A DNA stretch of 64,000 nucleotides, from the IMG/VR virus record IMGVR_UViG_3300035152_000033, positions 1 through 64,000 of that record; one strand, given 5' to 3'. A program made the position numbers and the translations under genes. Positions within the stretch are counted from its first letter, which is position 1; each line of letters begins with the position of its first letter. Below, one piece after another: positions 20,664-30,223 of the stretch. The notes beneath the pieces were generated by a model, which saw only the letters and a program-made list of their open reading frames with translations, searched no databases and was not told the origin of the DNA. Source of the stretch: a virus (taxonomy: Duplodnaviria > Caudoviricetes).

Positions 20664-21202
20664 CAATTACACCTCGCATTATAAACCTCATCTAATAAGG
20701 TATTCTTAGTGTCTTTTAAACTATGCAATACTTCTTTTTTATTAGGTAGTTTATCAATAATAGGTTTATATTGATTCAAATAAGCGATCTTCTCATCATT
20801 TGATAAACTACTAAACTCTTCACGAGTTAAAGGTTTTAATTTTTTATTTTTCTCAACTTCAATATCCCTATATTGAGAAAATTCTTTCTCAAAAACAATA
20901 CTCTTATCCTCCTCAGCTTCCTCAACAACTTCCTTTACAATCGAGGGAATATGAGGAGTTAAATCCATTTCCGTAGGAGCCTCAGTTGGATCACTGGGAA
21001 CCATATTAAATCTCGTCATTAATCCATAAGTTAATATATCTATAGACTCCAACCTTTTTTTATTTTTATTTAAAGAAATACTTAACTTTCTAACATCTCT
21101 CACCATACTTTTTAGATGTTTATAAACCAACAAAAACAAAACACCTAAAGTAATAACTACTCCTACTATAAACATTCCCGCCGCCAATAAGATATTAAAC
21201 AT
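20663..21202 (-). CDS. Membrane-anchored hypothetical protein
   Basis: N-terminal hydrophobic helix. Confidence 0.6.
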   Translation of the reverse strand: MFNILLAAGMFIVGVVITLGVLFLLVYKHLKSMVRDVRKLSISLNKNKKRLESIDILTYGLMTRFNMVPSDPTEAPTEMDLTPHIPSIVKEVVEEAEEDKSIVFEKEFSQYRDIEVEKNKKLKPLTREEFSSLSNDEKIAYLNQYKPIIDKLPNKKEVLHSLKDTKNTLLDEVYNARCN

Positions 21203-21222
21203 AATATAATCCTCCCTTTAAT

Positions 21223-21645
21223 TTAATGGCCCAGGACCTCGATATCAACATCAAAGTCCACAACCCCACTATCAAAGCTTACAGCTTCAAATTTCCAAGT
21301 AACACCTTTTTTAAGTCTTCCTGAATAAGCTGCAGCCTCACCAATTTTATTTTTATCCTTATCATACAAGGATACTATTACTTCTATACCTTTAATATTT
21401 ACATCAGAAGTATTTTTTATAAGCCCTGTTATATTATAACCATTATCGGTCTCAGTCATAACTAAATCATTAACACTTAAGGAATCCTCTATAGGCTCTA
21501 ACCCCACATTAATATCTTGCTTCTCAGCATCTACATTACCTAAAGCATCCAAATCAACAAGTAAACTAATAAAACCATGTAGAGCCAGAGCAATTAAACC
21601 CAAAAGCAATACTACTATACAACCACCCATTAATAGTCTTTTCAT
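21223..21645 (-). CDS. FxLYD-domain surface protein
   Basis: ITGLIKNTS...VSLYDKDKNKIG...LKKGVTWKF; N-terminal TM segment. Confidence 0.8.
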   Translation of the reverse strand: MKRLLMGGCIVVLLLGLIALALHGFISLLVDLDALGNVDAEKQDINVGLEPIEDSLSVNDLVMTETDNGYNITGLIKNTSDVNIKGIEVIVSLYDKDKNKIGEAAAYSGRLKKGVTWKFEAVSFDSGVVDFDVDIEVLGH

Positions 21646-21654
21646 AAGGCCCTC

Positions 21655-22200
21655 CTATTCAATAACAATATTATTAATTCTTATCTTTTCATAATTTAAA
21701 AGAAACACCAAATTAAATTTATTCGCTTTAACACCAGTAAAAATTATTTTAGTATTTTTACTAACACTATTTTCGATTTCATCTATTAGATTACCATTAT
21801 TAATATCCCAAGTTAAATCCCAGTTGACTTCATACTGTTCATTATCGGCCACAATCTGAGTTAACGTATCAGTAGCAGTAACAACACCACCAGAATTATT
21901 ATCATAAGTAATACTAATTTCTAATAAATTATCTTGCCTTTTAATACTATTAACAGTTACTTTTAAACCTTCTATACCAGTTTTAATACCAAAAGGAGCT
22001 TTAATTTCCTTAGCTTCCTCTTTTTTCTTAGACCCAGCACTAACTTTATTAGTTTTAGACTCATCAGTTGTCACCGCCGTAGCTTCCTCCACATTATCAC
22101 TAGTATAATCCAATAAAGAAAGCACAAAAACACAACCACCTAAACCTAACACAAATACAACACATATAACACTTAAAACTATAACCTTTGATTTTTTCAT
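21655..22200 (-). CDS. Surface/lipoprotein with DUF4352-like beta-sandwich
   Basis: LGLGGC after hydrophobic leader; LKVTVNSI...ITYDNNS. Confidence 0.55.
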   Translation of the reverse strand: MKKSKVIVLSVICVVFVLGLGGCVFVLSLLDYTSDNVEEATAVTTDESKTNKVSAGSKKKEEAKEIKAPFGIKTGIEGLKVTVNSIKRQDNLLEISITYDNNSGGVVTATDTLTQIVADNEQYEVNWDLTWDINNGNLIDEIENSVSKNTKIIFTGVKANKFNLVFLLNYEKIRINNIVIE

Positions 22201-22213
22201 TTAATCATTCCTC

Positions 22214-22948
22214 CTACTTTTCTATAAGTTTTACACTGACACTATCTAACTGTAAAGTAGCCCCAGCATTCAATTTAGCATTCTTATAATCACTGATATA
22301 AAAGCCATCTGAAACAGTACTCATTATTAAATTAACACTATCACCCCAACCATTATCATGAGCTATAACATTACCACTACCAGACGAACAAACTATATCA
22401 TAAGTACCAGCTTTAATATCAGACCCAACAACATAACGCCCAGGACCAAAATTATAAGTCTTTTTAACTACAGGTTTCTTAGTAGGTTTAGGAGTAGGTT
22501 TCTTAGTGGGCTTCTCAGTAGGTTTAGGAGTAGCTTTTTCAGTTTCCTTAACAACTACCTTTTTATCATCTTTCTCAGCCTCTAATTTATCCACTTTAGA
22601 TTGATACTCAGAAACTTTATTCTCATAATCATTAAACTTATCCTCTAACTTTTCATACTTCCCTAAAGTTTCTTTATACTTTGCTTTATAATCAGTACCT
22701 AAACCTAGCAAATCACCAAAACTAAAATTGGCAAGCAATAAAGCAGCCAAACCAACTAAACAAGCTTTCCACCATACAAATTTAAGTCTTTTATTGCTTT
22801 CAAGCCCTACAAGTAACCAAGGTACCACACTTAAAATCAAAGCATCCACCCAAAAATTACCCGTTACATTAAACAATCTAGTCTCCGCTACCTGCAACTC
22901 AGCAAAAGTCTCTACATTTTCATCATATCTATTATTTCTATCATCCAT
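22214..22948 (-). CDS. Membrane protein with coiled coil, KPT linker and C-terminal beta domain
   Basis: Two hydrophobic segments; (K/P/T)-rich linker; FGPGRYVVGSDIKAGTYDI. Confidence 0.65.
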   Translation of the reverse strand: MDDRNNRYDENVETFAELQVAETRLFNVTGNFWVDALILSVVPWLLVGLESNKRLKFVWWKACLVGLAALLLANFSFGDLLGLGTDYKAKYKETLGKYEKLEDKFNDYENKVSEYQSKVDKLEAEKDDKKVVVKETEKATPKPTEKPTKKPTPKPTKKPVVKKTYNFGPGRYVVGSDIKAGTYDIVCSSGSGNVIAHDNGWGDSVNLIMSTVSDGFYISDYKNAKLNAGATLQLDSVSVKLIEK

Positions 22949-22979
22949 TTTAATCTTCCTCCTAAAAGTTTATTTAATA

Positions 22980-23011
22980 CTTATACCTAAAAAATAATGA
23001 AATATTAAGTT
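22980..23011 (-). promoter_or_regulatory. Class II promoter (ACT-N22-TATAAG)
   Basis: Matches 9-copy motif with fixed spacing. Confidence 0.45.
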
Positions 23012-23073
23012 ATCATTTTAAATTTTCCTCAAATAAAAATAACAGGATATAAAAATACACCCTGTCACTCTCC

Positions 23074-23280
23074 TTATTTCTTTATCTGAATAACTTCCGA
23101 CACTCTTTGATATTTTTTACGCAAAATAAAACCACTTATACTAATTAATATAATGGATAAACATATTAATACAGGTATAAATGGATTACCGTTATGATGT
23201 ATTGTTTTATACACATCTCTTAAAAATATTATAAGTATAAGACCTAAAACAACACTTAGTATAATACTTAATACTTTCAT
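23074..23280 (-). CDS. Small two-TM membrane protein
   Basis: Two hydrophobic helices; AGGAGG RBS. Confidence 0.6.
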   Translation of the reverse strand: MKVLSIILSVVLGLILIIFLRDVYKTIHHNGNPFIPVLICLSIILISISGFILRKKYQRVSEVIQIKK

Positions 23281-23299
23281 AATAACCTCCTAAAGGCAT

Positions 23300-23415
23300 A
23301 ATAATGGAGCCAATAGATGAGGATATTGGCCCCTATAAGATAAATTAATTTAAAGGAGAATCACTTTTCCAATGACTCTTCACCTCATCACTTAAGTACT
23401 TTATTTTGAATCTGT
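23300..23415 (-). promoter_or_regulatory. Structured 5' leader with putative pseudoknot
   Basis: GATGAGG (23383-23389) complementary to loop CCTCATC of GGGGCCAATA/TATTGGCTCC hairpin. Confidence 0.5.
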
Positions 23416-23450
23416 GCCTAATTATATCCCTAAATGATACATATGTCAAG
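23405..23450 (-). promoter_or_regulatory. Class I promoter, partial palindrome copy
   Basis: CTTGACATATGT...17...TATAAT. Confidence 0.7.
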
Positions 23451-23784
23451 GCTTAAGTTTAAACCTTTCAGACAAAGGATCATACTCAGCACCAGAAGTA
23501 ATGCTCATAACAATAATCTTTTTATAAGACAAACCTTTTTTAACTAACCATTTAACATCAGGCCCATAAACATTACCATAAATACTCTCATTTTTAGGCT
23601 TAACTCTTTCCAACAAAGCAACAGATTTTATAGCCTGATATTTTTTACAGACTTTTCTTTTAGTTTTCCATAAAATAATAGCCATGTCTTTCTCACTAAA
23701 CTTAAAATCAAGTAACAACTTATACAAATCATCAATCTTTTCTATCTCAGCTTCCCTTTCTTCTACGGCCTTATTAATTTTCAA
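23446..23784 (-). CDS. Hypothetical protein
   Basis: ORF with GGAGGAG RBS. Confidence 0.55.
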   Translation of the reverse strand: MKINKAVEEREAEIEKIDDLYKLLLDFKFSEKDMAIILWKTKRKVCKKYQAIKSVALLERVKPKNESIYGNVYGPDVKWLVKKGLSYKKIIVMSITSGAEYDPLSERFKLKP

Positions 23785-23795
23785 AATAACTCCTC

Positions 23796-24926
23796 CTAAC
23801 TATTAAAAAAGCTTGCTACAGCTTCTTTACTTGTGAAATGGGCTGGCTTTTCTACTTCTCCTACCATTGGATTAAGCACATAACTTAATCTCAAATAAAC
23901 AATACCTAAAGATACTTTATCCCCAGACACTTTTACTTTTCCTTTATACTCCCACAATACATTTAACATATTAAAGATAAGTTTAGGAGTTAATTTCTCT
24001 GCCAACTCCATATAATTCTCATAACCTTTAACATTATTCTTAGCTAATAAAATATTTTTTAAAGTCTCCATAAAAGAATCTACAATCCTCACAACAGAAT
24101 TAGCCCGATCAAATACCTCCTCTAATAAAACCATACCCTCTGCCAACTTATTATTAATTAAACAATTAATAAGTTCAAAATAAAAAGATTTATCTATGAT
24201 TCCAAAGAAATCTTTAAACACCTGAGATGTTATATGATTAGAAATATATTGAAGTTGATCTAGACACATAACAGCGTCACGCATACCACCCTTAACATAA
24301 TTGGCTATAGCCTGAGCAGCATCCTTATCTAACTTAATCTTCTCAGCTTCCGCAATAAAAAAGAGCCTATCCATAATATCCTTAACAGAAATCCTCTTAT
24401 ATTCAAAAACTAATAATCTTGATTTAATAGTCTCAGGTACTTTATGGCTCTCAGTAGTAGCCATAATAAATATAGTATTGCTTGGTGGTTCTTCTAATAT
24501 CTTTAATAATGCCTGGAATCCCTGAATAGAACACCCATGCACTTCATCTATTACTATAACTCTATACTCTCCATTATGAGAAGTCATAGCCACATCTTTT
24601 AACTTTCTGATATCATCCACTAAACCATTAGAAGCGGCATCTATTTCCAAAACTGAGGTATCATTAGCCTTAGAAATAGCTAAACAAGAAGGACATTTCC
24701 CACAACTTTTAACACCTTTTCGATCAGAGCAATTTAAAACCCTTGCTATTATTCTTGCACTAGTAGTCTTTCCTATTCCTCGAGACCCACAGAACAATAA
24801 ACCTGCAGGTAAAGCAGCCCCCTTAAAATGTTTATCTAAAATAGCTTCCAAAATCTTAATAATATGTTCTTGACCAACCATATCAGATAAATTTAAAGGC
24901 CTATATTTTAATGCCAACTTTTCCAT
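23796..24926 (-). CDS. dnaX: DNA polymerase III gamma/tau (clamp loader), gamma-length
   Basis: LALKYRP...GQEH...GSRGIGKTT...CGKCPSC...EIDAASN...IIDEVH...LLKILEEPP...GGMRDA. Confidence 0.95.
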   Translation of the reverse strand: MEKLALKYRPLNLSDMVGQEHIIKILEAILDKHFKGAALPAGLLFCGSRGIGKTTSARIIARVLNCSDRKGVKSCGKCPSCLAISKANDTSVLEIDAASNGLVDDIRKLKDVAMTSHNGEYRVIVIDEVHGCSIQGFQALLKILEEPPSNTIFIMATTESHKVPETIKSRLLVFEYKRISVKDIMDRLFFIAEAEKIKLDKDAAQAIANYVKGGMRDAVMCLDQLQYISNHITSQVFKDFFGIIDKSFYFELINCLINNKLAEGMVLLEEVFDRANSVVRIVDSFMETLKNILLAKNNVKGYENYMELAEKLTPKLIFNMLNVLWEYKGKVKVSGDKVSLGIVYLRLSYVLNPMVGEVEKPAHFTSKEAVASFFNS

Positions 24927-24927
24927 A

Positions 24928-25146
24928 CTAAACCCCCTTAACTTTTTCTCCTACCCATAATAAATCCTCAGAAGATAACAACCTATTTTTAGTACCACCA
25001 CATATAGGACATAAATAAACTAAATGCATGGACCATTTAGAAACTTGCACATTATAATTAGTTGTCATTTCAACAGGTTCCTTATGAAATAAACCTGTTT
25101 TATTACAATGTGAGTCTAAATAATTACATAATACAACCTCTTCCAT
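24928..25146 (-). CDS. Small Cys/His protein
   Basis: CPICGG. Confidence 0.55.
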   Translation of the reverse strand: MEEVVLCNYLDSHCNKTGLFHKEPVEMTTNYNVQVSKWSMHLVYLCPICGGTKNRLLSSEDLLWVGEKVKGV

Positions 25147-25156
25147 AATAACCTCC

Positions 25157-25504
25157 TTACTTATCCATCATCTTTTTTAACACCCCAAACACTTGAAAAG
25201 CTTCCATATAAAAATTATCACTAACAGCAAACATTTTTTTAAGAGTCTCCTTTAATCGATCAGGATCATGATTAGCAATGGCTTCGCTCAACTCATCAAA
25301 ACCCTCAATAAAAAATCCCTGTTCTCTAAATAACTCGTCAATTTCAAATTTAAGTACACCAAAAAACTGGAACTCATCAACAAACTTATCATGTAAAGCT
25401 ATTCCCAATTGAGTCATTTCCTCAATCATATCATTTATTACTTTTAATCCTTCCTCAGACCACTGCACCTTTTCTATACTATCGTTATACTTAAAATATT
25501 TCAT
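25157..25504 (-). CDS. Hypothetical protein
   Basis: ORF with RBS. Confidence 0.55.
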   Translation of the reverse strand: MKYFKYNDSIEKVQWSEEGLKVINDMIEEMTQLGIALHDKFVDEFQFFGVLKFEIDELFREQGFFIEGFDELSEAIANHDPDRLKETLKKMFAVSDNFYMEAFQVFGVLKKMMDK

Positions 25505-25508
25505 AGCC

Positions 25509-25811
25509 TCATCTCCTATTTAATTTACTTAAAATTTCTTTCCTAGCTTCCTTATTTTCCATAGCTAACATATAATATTTTTTAAAATCTGTAGTGCCTC
25601 TTTTGAATTTAAAGGCTTTGGCCATATTAGCCTGCATCTCCTTATCTAATTTCAAAGATGCCTCATTCTCAAATGACACATGATAAAGTTTTTTACAATG
25701 GTCACACTGTATAAAACGCTCTGTCAAACCACCATTAATTTTTTTCTCTTCAAACCTATCAGCTTTAAAATCTTTTTTACACACATCACACACATACATT
25801 CCATTATCCAT
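25509..25811 (-). CDS. Zinc-ribbon protein
   Basis: CDVC...CDHC; start moved to MDNG after GGGAGG. Confidence 0.55.
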   Translation of the reverse strand: MDNGMYVCDVCKKDFKADRFEEKKINGGLTERFIQCDHCKKLYHVSFENEASLKLDKEMQANMAKAFKFKRGTTDFKKYYMLAMENKEARKEILSKLNRR

Positions 25812-25836
25812 ATATAAACTACCTCCCATCAAAAGT

Positions 25837-25868
25837 ATTATACCTATAAAATAGTAAAATTTAATGTT
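25837..25868 (-). promoter_or_regulatory. Class II promoter (ACA-N22-TATAAT)
   Basis: GTAACA ttaaattttactattttatagg TATAAT. Confidence 0.55.
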
Positions 25869-25898
25869 ACAAACAAAAAAAGAAGCAAAAAGCTCCTT

Positions 25899-28754
25899 TT
25901 ATTTTATTAACTTCCCCTTATCAGCACATCTAGGACAAAAATCAATACTTAAAGATTTATCTAAAAAGTTTACAGGAATAGTTTTCCCACACTCCACACA
26001 AGAAGGTCTAAAAAAATCAGCCTGTATATCCTTAAAAGAAACAAAACTATCAACTCTTAAAATATTATGCTTATAAGCCTCACCAAAAACCTTATTAAAT
26101 AAAGCATTATATACCTCAAAAGGAGAGGCCTTGCCTTTAACAAATAGTTTAAGTTTTACCTCTAATCCCTCTCTCACAGCCCATATATCACTAACAAAAT
26201 CCTTAGCATTACATTCAATAACATTAAGACCAGCCCTATAAATCATCTCTCTAATTTTCATAGTAACCTTTTCAGCTTTATGCCAATAATTAAGGGCATT
26301 AATAACAGACATTTCTGTTTTATCCGTATCTATTTGATATAAAGAGTATCCTTTTTGTTTCTTTAAACTTTCCATAGAAGATGGTACTTTAATACCATCT
26401 AAAAGCTCAATACCAAAATGAGTTAATTCTTTATTCATCTCACTTATTAAGACTCTTAAATCTTTCTCATTTTTAATATACTTTTCTAGCAAACCAAATT
26501 CTATATAATCAATACCATATAACCAATTCTTAAATTTAATATTATCAGATACAAACCTAATACTTCTTTTAGTAATAGGTATATCAGCCTTCCAAGCGGC
26601 TCGCCTAATTAAACATTTCCAGTAAACATTTTCTACACACTTATATTTTTTATGTATACAAACTTTTAATCTTACTTTTTCTCTTATAGTTGATTCATCC
26701 TTACGCTTTAAAGATGATAAATCTTTAAAACTAATATCTTTCTCTCTAGCCTTATAAGAATCCTGGACCTTTTTTGCTTCTACAGGACTACAAGCCCCAC
26801 AAGTACTACAACCATGTAGACACTTTTTAACAAGAAAACCATTTTTATTAGGCCCTCTATGATCTTCTCCTAACTCTGTATTAAGCATAAAATCACAAGA
26901 CTTTTTATACAACCCATAAATATAATCTTTAGTTACTCCTATATCAATATGATCCCAACCAAAAATATAATCCCAAGGTTTTTCTTTAAAATAATACTCA
27001 TAAGACACTCCATATTTCTGCAGGTTTTTTTCTAAAGTTTCTTTCATTCTACTATCCACAGCTCCTATATAAGCTGCGTCCAATTCATCATAAGAATCCA
27101 CCAGAGCATAACCCCCAAGCCTATCACATAAATGAGCTACTTGAGTACTCCACAAATAATCCTCTTTTGTTTTTTTCCCTAAAGTAAATTCTATACCTAA
27201 GTCTCTTATTTTTTGAAAGATACCAGCTAATCGCTTTTCTCCTACAGTAGCCCTATGCCATTGGAAAGGAGTCCAGGATTCAATTAATAAAGGTGTAAAA
27301 GAAACCCTCACACCTATAGAAGACCCCATAGAAGTCTTTAAATCCATAATTTTTTTACACAACTCTAAAAAATCTTCTATATCTTTATCGGACTCAAAAG
27401 GCAAGTTAGCAATCATATATAATTTTAACTTTTTATAACCGCCCCTAATTGTATTTTCACAAGCTTTTAAAATAACTTCCTCAGTGGCACCTTTATTGAC
27501 AAAAGTCCTTAATCTTTCTGAGCTTCCTTCTACTCCAACAGCCAACTGATTCATGCCACCCTCACCAGATATTAAAGAAAAATTAGCGTCCTCAGCCATA
27601 CTATCAATCCTCTGAGACTGAGAATCAAAGGTGTCAGACACTTCCTCTAGAATAGTCTTAGTTAATAAATTCTTTTGAGTATATCCCGTATACTCAAAAG
27701 CCGTTGGGAAAGCATAAATAGAACCAGAGTTTTTAATATTAGCCTTTAAAGCTTTGACCATATAAGGAATAGACCTTTCCCTATAAGGCCTATATCGATA
27801 CCCTACAGCACAAAAGGAACAGTTACCAGCATTACAACCCCTTGCTAATTCAACCTCACCTAAACCCATCTCAGGAAAAATCCAAGGTACTGGAGGGGCA
27901 TCCACACAAGGCACATTATTTAAATCCTTAACAAATCTTTTTTTAATCTTCTTAGGTATATCATCATATTTAGCCTCAAAACACTCTATTTTAAGCTCAT
28001 TATTCACCTTTTTATATTTAGGGTATAAAAACTTAGGCATATATAAGAAATCATATTCTTTAGCTAAAAAATGCAGTAATTCTTCACGTCCTTCTTTAGT
28101 ATAATAAAAACTCTCAGCTTCCTTTTTAAAAGAGTTAATATCTTCTAATACAGCCATTAAACCAGGAGACCCTTTTTCATCCTCAGCCTCTCCAATAAAC
28201 ATAAAGTCTACTATAGGACTCCAAATCTCAGGACTCCCAAAAGTCGAACCTCCTGAAATAATCAAAGGATAATTTTCTTTCATTTCTTCTCTGTCTTTCC
28301 ATCTTACGGGAATACCCGACATCTTTAACACTTTAACTACATTAGCTAAAAATGGGGGAAATCCTAAAGAAAACCCTACCACATCAAACTCACCCATAGG
28401 CTTCTTAGACTCCAAACCAAACATAGGAATCCCCTCAAAGTATCTTAATTCTTTATAACTAATAGGCATAAAAGACCTTTCAGCTTTAAAAGGTCTTATA
28501 CCATCCGATCTCCTATACTCATTAATCAATTTATATAATAAAGGTCCTCCTTGATTACCAACAAAATCTCTATAGCCCCAAGGATTTGCTATTAAAAATT
28601 TAAGCTCAGCAGAATCCCATTCTTTATAAAATAAACCTTTTCCCCATTCTCCATAAGTATTACACTCACAACCTAAAAAAGCCTCAGGCATTTCCATTTT
28701 AGGCATAATCGAAGTTAAAAAATTTTCTATTTGTATTTTCGTCATTTCCACCAT
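25899..28754 (-). CDS. B12-binding-type radical SAM (TIGR03960-like) fused to a DUF2344/TIGR03936-like domain and a C-terminal zinc ribbon
   Basis: AERSFMP...PMFGLESKKPMGEFDVVGFSL...IGEAE...ELARGCNAGNCSFC...YRERS...GVEGSSERLR..VNKG...KLYMIANLP...TPFQW...WDHIDIGV...CLHGCSTCGAC; then LIRRAAWKADIPI; CVEC...CPRC. Confidence 0.85.
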   Translation of the reverse strand: MVEMTKIQIENFLTSIMPKMEMPEAFLGCECNTYGEWGKGLFYKEWDSAELKFLIANPWGYRDFVGNQGGPLLYKLINEYRRSDGIRPFKAERSFMPISYKELRYFEGIPMFGLESKKPMGEFDVVGFSLGFPPFLANVVKVLKMSGIPVRWKDREEMKENYPLIISGGSTFGSPEIWSPIVDFMFIGEAEDEKGSPGLMAVLEDINSFKKEAESFYYTKEGREELLHFLAKEYDFLYMPKFLYPKYKKVNNELKIECFEAKYDDIPKKIKKRFVKDLNNVPCVDAPPVPWIFPEMGLGEVELARGCNAGNCSFCAVGYRYRPYRERSIPYMVKALKANIKNSGSIYAFPTAFEYTGYTQKNLLTKTILEEVSDTFDSQSQRIDSMAEDANFSLISGEGGMNQLAVGVEGSSERLRTFVNKGATEEVILKACENTIRGGYKKLKLYMIANLPFESDKDIEDFLELCKKIMDLKTSMGSSIGVRVSFTPLLIESWTPFQWHRATVGEKRLAGIFQKIRDLGIEFTLGKKTKEDYLWSTQVAHLCDRLGGYALVDSYDELDAAYIGAVDSRMKETLEKNLQKYGVSYEYYFKEKPWDYIFGWDHIDIGVTKDYIYGLYKKSCDFMLNTELGEDHRGPNKNGFLVKKCLHGCSTCGACSPVEAKKVQDSYKAREKDISFKDLSSLKRKDESTIREKVRLKVCIHKKYKCVENVYWKCLIRRAAWKADIPITKRSIRFVSDNIKFKNWLYGIDYIEFGLLEKYIKNEKDLRVLISEMNKELTHFGIELLDGIKVPSSMESLKKQKGYSLYQIDTDKTEMSVINALNYWHKAEKVTMKIREMIYRAGLNVIECNAKDFVSDIWAVREGLEVKLKLFVKGKASPFEVYNALFNKVFGEAYKHNILRVDSFVSFKDIQADFFRPSCVECGKTIPVNFLDKSLSIDFCPRCADKGKLIK

Positions 28755-28778
28755 AAATAATATAACCTCCTACAAAGT

Positions 28779-28890
28779 AAAAGCCCCTGATAAATAGATT
28801 GGCAATATCAGAGACTTTTTATTAAATTAATGAATACCACTTTCTTTATTGTACCGTAAATTTATTGTATCGTAAAATCAGTTAAAAATC
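28779..28890 (-). promoter_or_regulatory. Promoter(s) with 16-bp tandem repeat and attenuator-like leader of the radical SAM gene
   Basis: TTTACGATACAATAAA-TTTACGGTACAATAAA; hairpin AAAAGTCTCTGATA/TATCAGGGGCTTTT just before the RBS. Confidence 0.55.
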
Positions 28891-29268
28891 AATCTCATTT
28901 TTCCAACAAGGTAAAGCAGACACATGGGCATCCCATGCCACACCAAAACACACCTTTTCTTTTAAACATGTTACGGTATACTCAATCTTACCACTTAAGA
29001 TTGAATGTGCTTTACTAAAATCCTTAGCATAATCACAATACCAGCATTTAAACATTTTAGGATTTGCATCCGTATAACTTTTATTATTCATAGCAATCTT
29101 ATGAGCTTTATTTAGCTTAGAAGAATACTCTAAAATATCTTTCTTATTAATATCCTTAGAAGATTCAATATTAACTATCTTTCTCTTATCATAGAGCTTA
29201 CACCAATCAATATACTCTAATAATGTAAGCCCTCTTTCAATATCTTTTTCCTTTAATAAATTAATCAT
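28882..29268 (-). CDS. Hypothetical Cys-containing protein
   Basis: ORF; CWYC. Confidence 0.55.
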   Translation of the reverse strand: MINLLKEKDIERGLTLLEYIDWCKLYDKRKIVNIESSKDINKKDILEYSSKLNKAHKIAMNNKSYTDANPKMFKCWYCDYAKDFSKAHSILSGKIEYTVTCLKEKVCFGVAWDAHVSALPCWKNEIDF

Positions 29269-29657
29269 GATAAAACCTTCAATCTGGTATAATCATAATC
29301 TAAAAGATTACAAAACTCTTTCAATGAAGAATCTGACAGTCTATGAGTACCAGACTCCACCTTAGCATAAGTACTAAGAGACATACCTAAAGCTTTAGCA
29401 ATCTCTCTTTGTGTCCATCCTCGCCAAACTCTTACTTTACGTAAAGTACTAAAGCTCTTGTCGCTCACTGCACTTAACCTCTTATAAGGTTTATATACTT
29501 TTTTAGTCTTTCTTTTTTCATAAGCATCCGTAGCCCATTCTAAAAAAACGTCAACCACTTCATCCACACTTAAAGGGTTCTCCTCAGCCACCTTTTTTAA
29601 TTTTTCTAAAGTGGAATTTTTTATTAAAAATCTACAAGTACTACGCAAAACTTTCAC
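29265..29657 (-). CDS. XRE-family HTH regulator with possible N-terminal RHH-like segment
   Basis: LRKVRVWRGWTQREIAKALGMSLSTYAKVESG. Confidence 0.85.
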   Translation of the reverse strand: MKVLRSTCRFLIKNSTLEKLKKVAEENPLSVDEVVDVFLEWATDAYEKRKTKKVYKPYKRLSAVSDKSFSTLRKVRVWRGWTQREIAKALGMSLSTYAKVESGTHRLSDSSLKEFCNLLDYDYTRLKVLS

Positions 29658-29675
29658 TCCTTTCTATTATCCTAT

Positions 29676-29861
29676 TTAGGACATATAAATTTTTACTACT
29701 TTTATAGTCAGTCTATACATATAAAGCCAGATAAAGAAAATACCTAAAATCAACCAACGTCTACAGCTATAATCTCTCTCATATATAACATATATCATAT
29801 GAGACCCTGCTATTAAAAGAACCCACAAACTATAAAACATTCCAATTAAAGTCCAAACCAA
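29676..29861 (-). CDS. Small two-TM membrane protein
   Basis: Hydrophobic; start probably shortly downstream of the AGGAGG RBS (exact codon uncertain). Confidence 0.45.
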   Translation of the reverse strand: MVWTLIGMFYSLWVLLIAGSHMIYVIYERDYSCRRWLILGIFFIWLYMYRLTIKVVKIYMS

Positions 29862-29879
29862 ATATAAACACCTCCTAAA

Positions 29880-29911
29880 ATTATACCTACAAAAAACCAA
29901 AAAAGCATGTA
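29880..29911 (-). promoter_or_regulatory. Class II promoter
   Basis: GTACA tgcttttttggttttttgtagg TATAAT. Confidence 0.55.
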
Positions 29912-29981
29912 CACATAAAAATAAAATAAGCCCCTGAAAAAGGAGCTTACTTCTTAAAAGGCATAATATGTAGTAAATTAC

Positions 29982-30209
29982 TTATATTATATCAGCCTCA
30001 GAGATTACAATCAAATCTAAAATTTTAATTTTATTAAAAGACTTCAAACATAAATTATCATCATAGGCATTTAATAAATACTCAGCCTTTTCCTCTAACC
30101 CATTATAATTAATTATGGTCTCGATCTCTTTACTGGGTAACTGAACCGCAGTTACAATCATTTTTTTATTAGGTTTATTTAATTTCTTTTCATAAGAGTC
30201 TCTATTCAT
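29982..30209 (-). CDS. Hypothetical protein
   Basis: GGAGGAAGCTAAGAA-ATG start. Confidence 0.6.
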   Translation of the reverse strand: MNRDSYEKKLNKPNKKMIVTAVQLPSKEIETIINYNGLEEKAEYLLNAYDDNLCLKSFNKIKILDLIVISEADII

Positions 30210-30223
30210 TTCTTAGCTTCCTC

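Noticed and set aside
22470-22535. Short tandem nucleotide repeats (and similar ones at 11630-11730 and 31660-31715)
   Set aside because: They encode low-complexity KPT, DST and PT linkers
23365-23395. TGATGAG...GAAA as a hammerhead ribozyme core
   Set aside because: Lacks the C of CUGANGA, and the required three-stem geometry is not present
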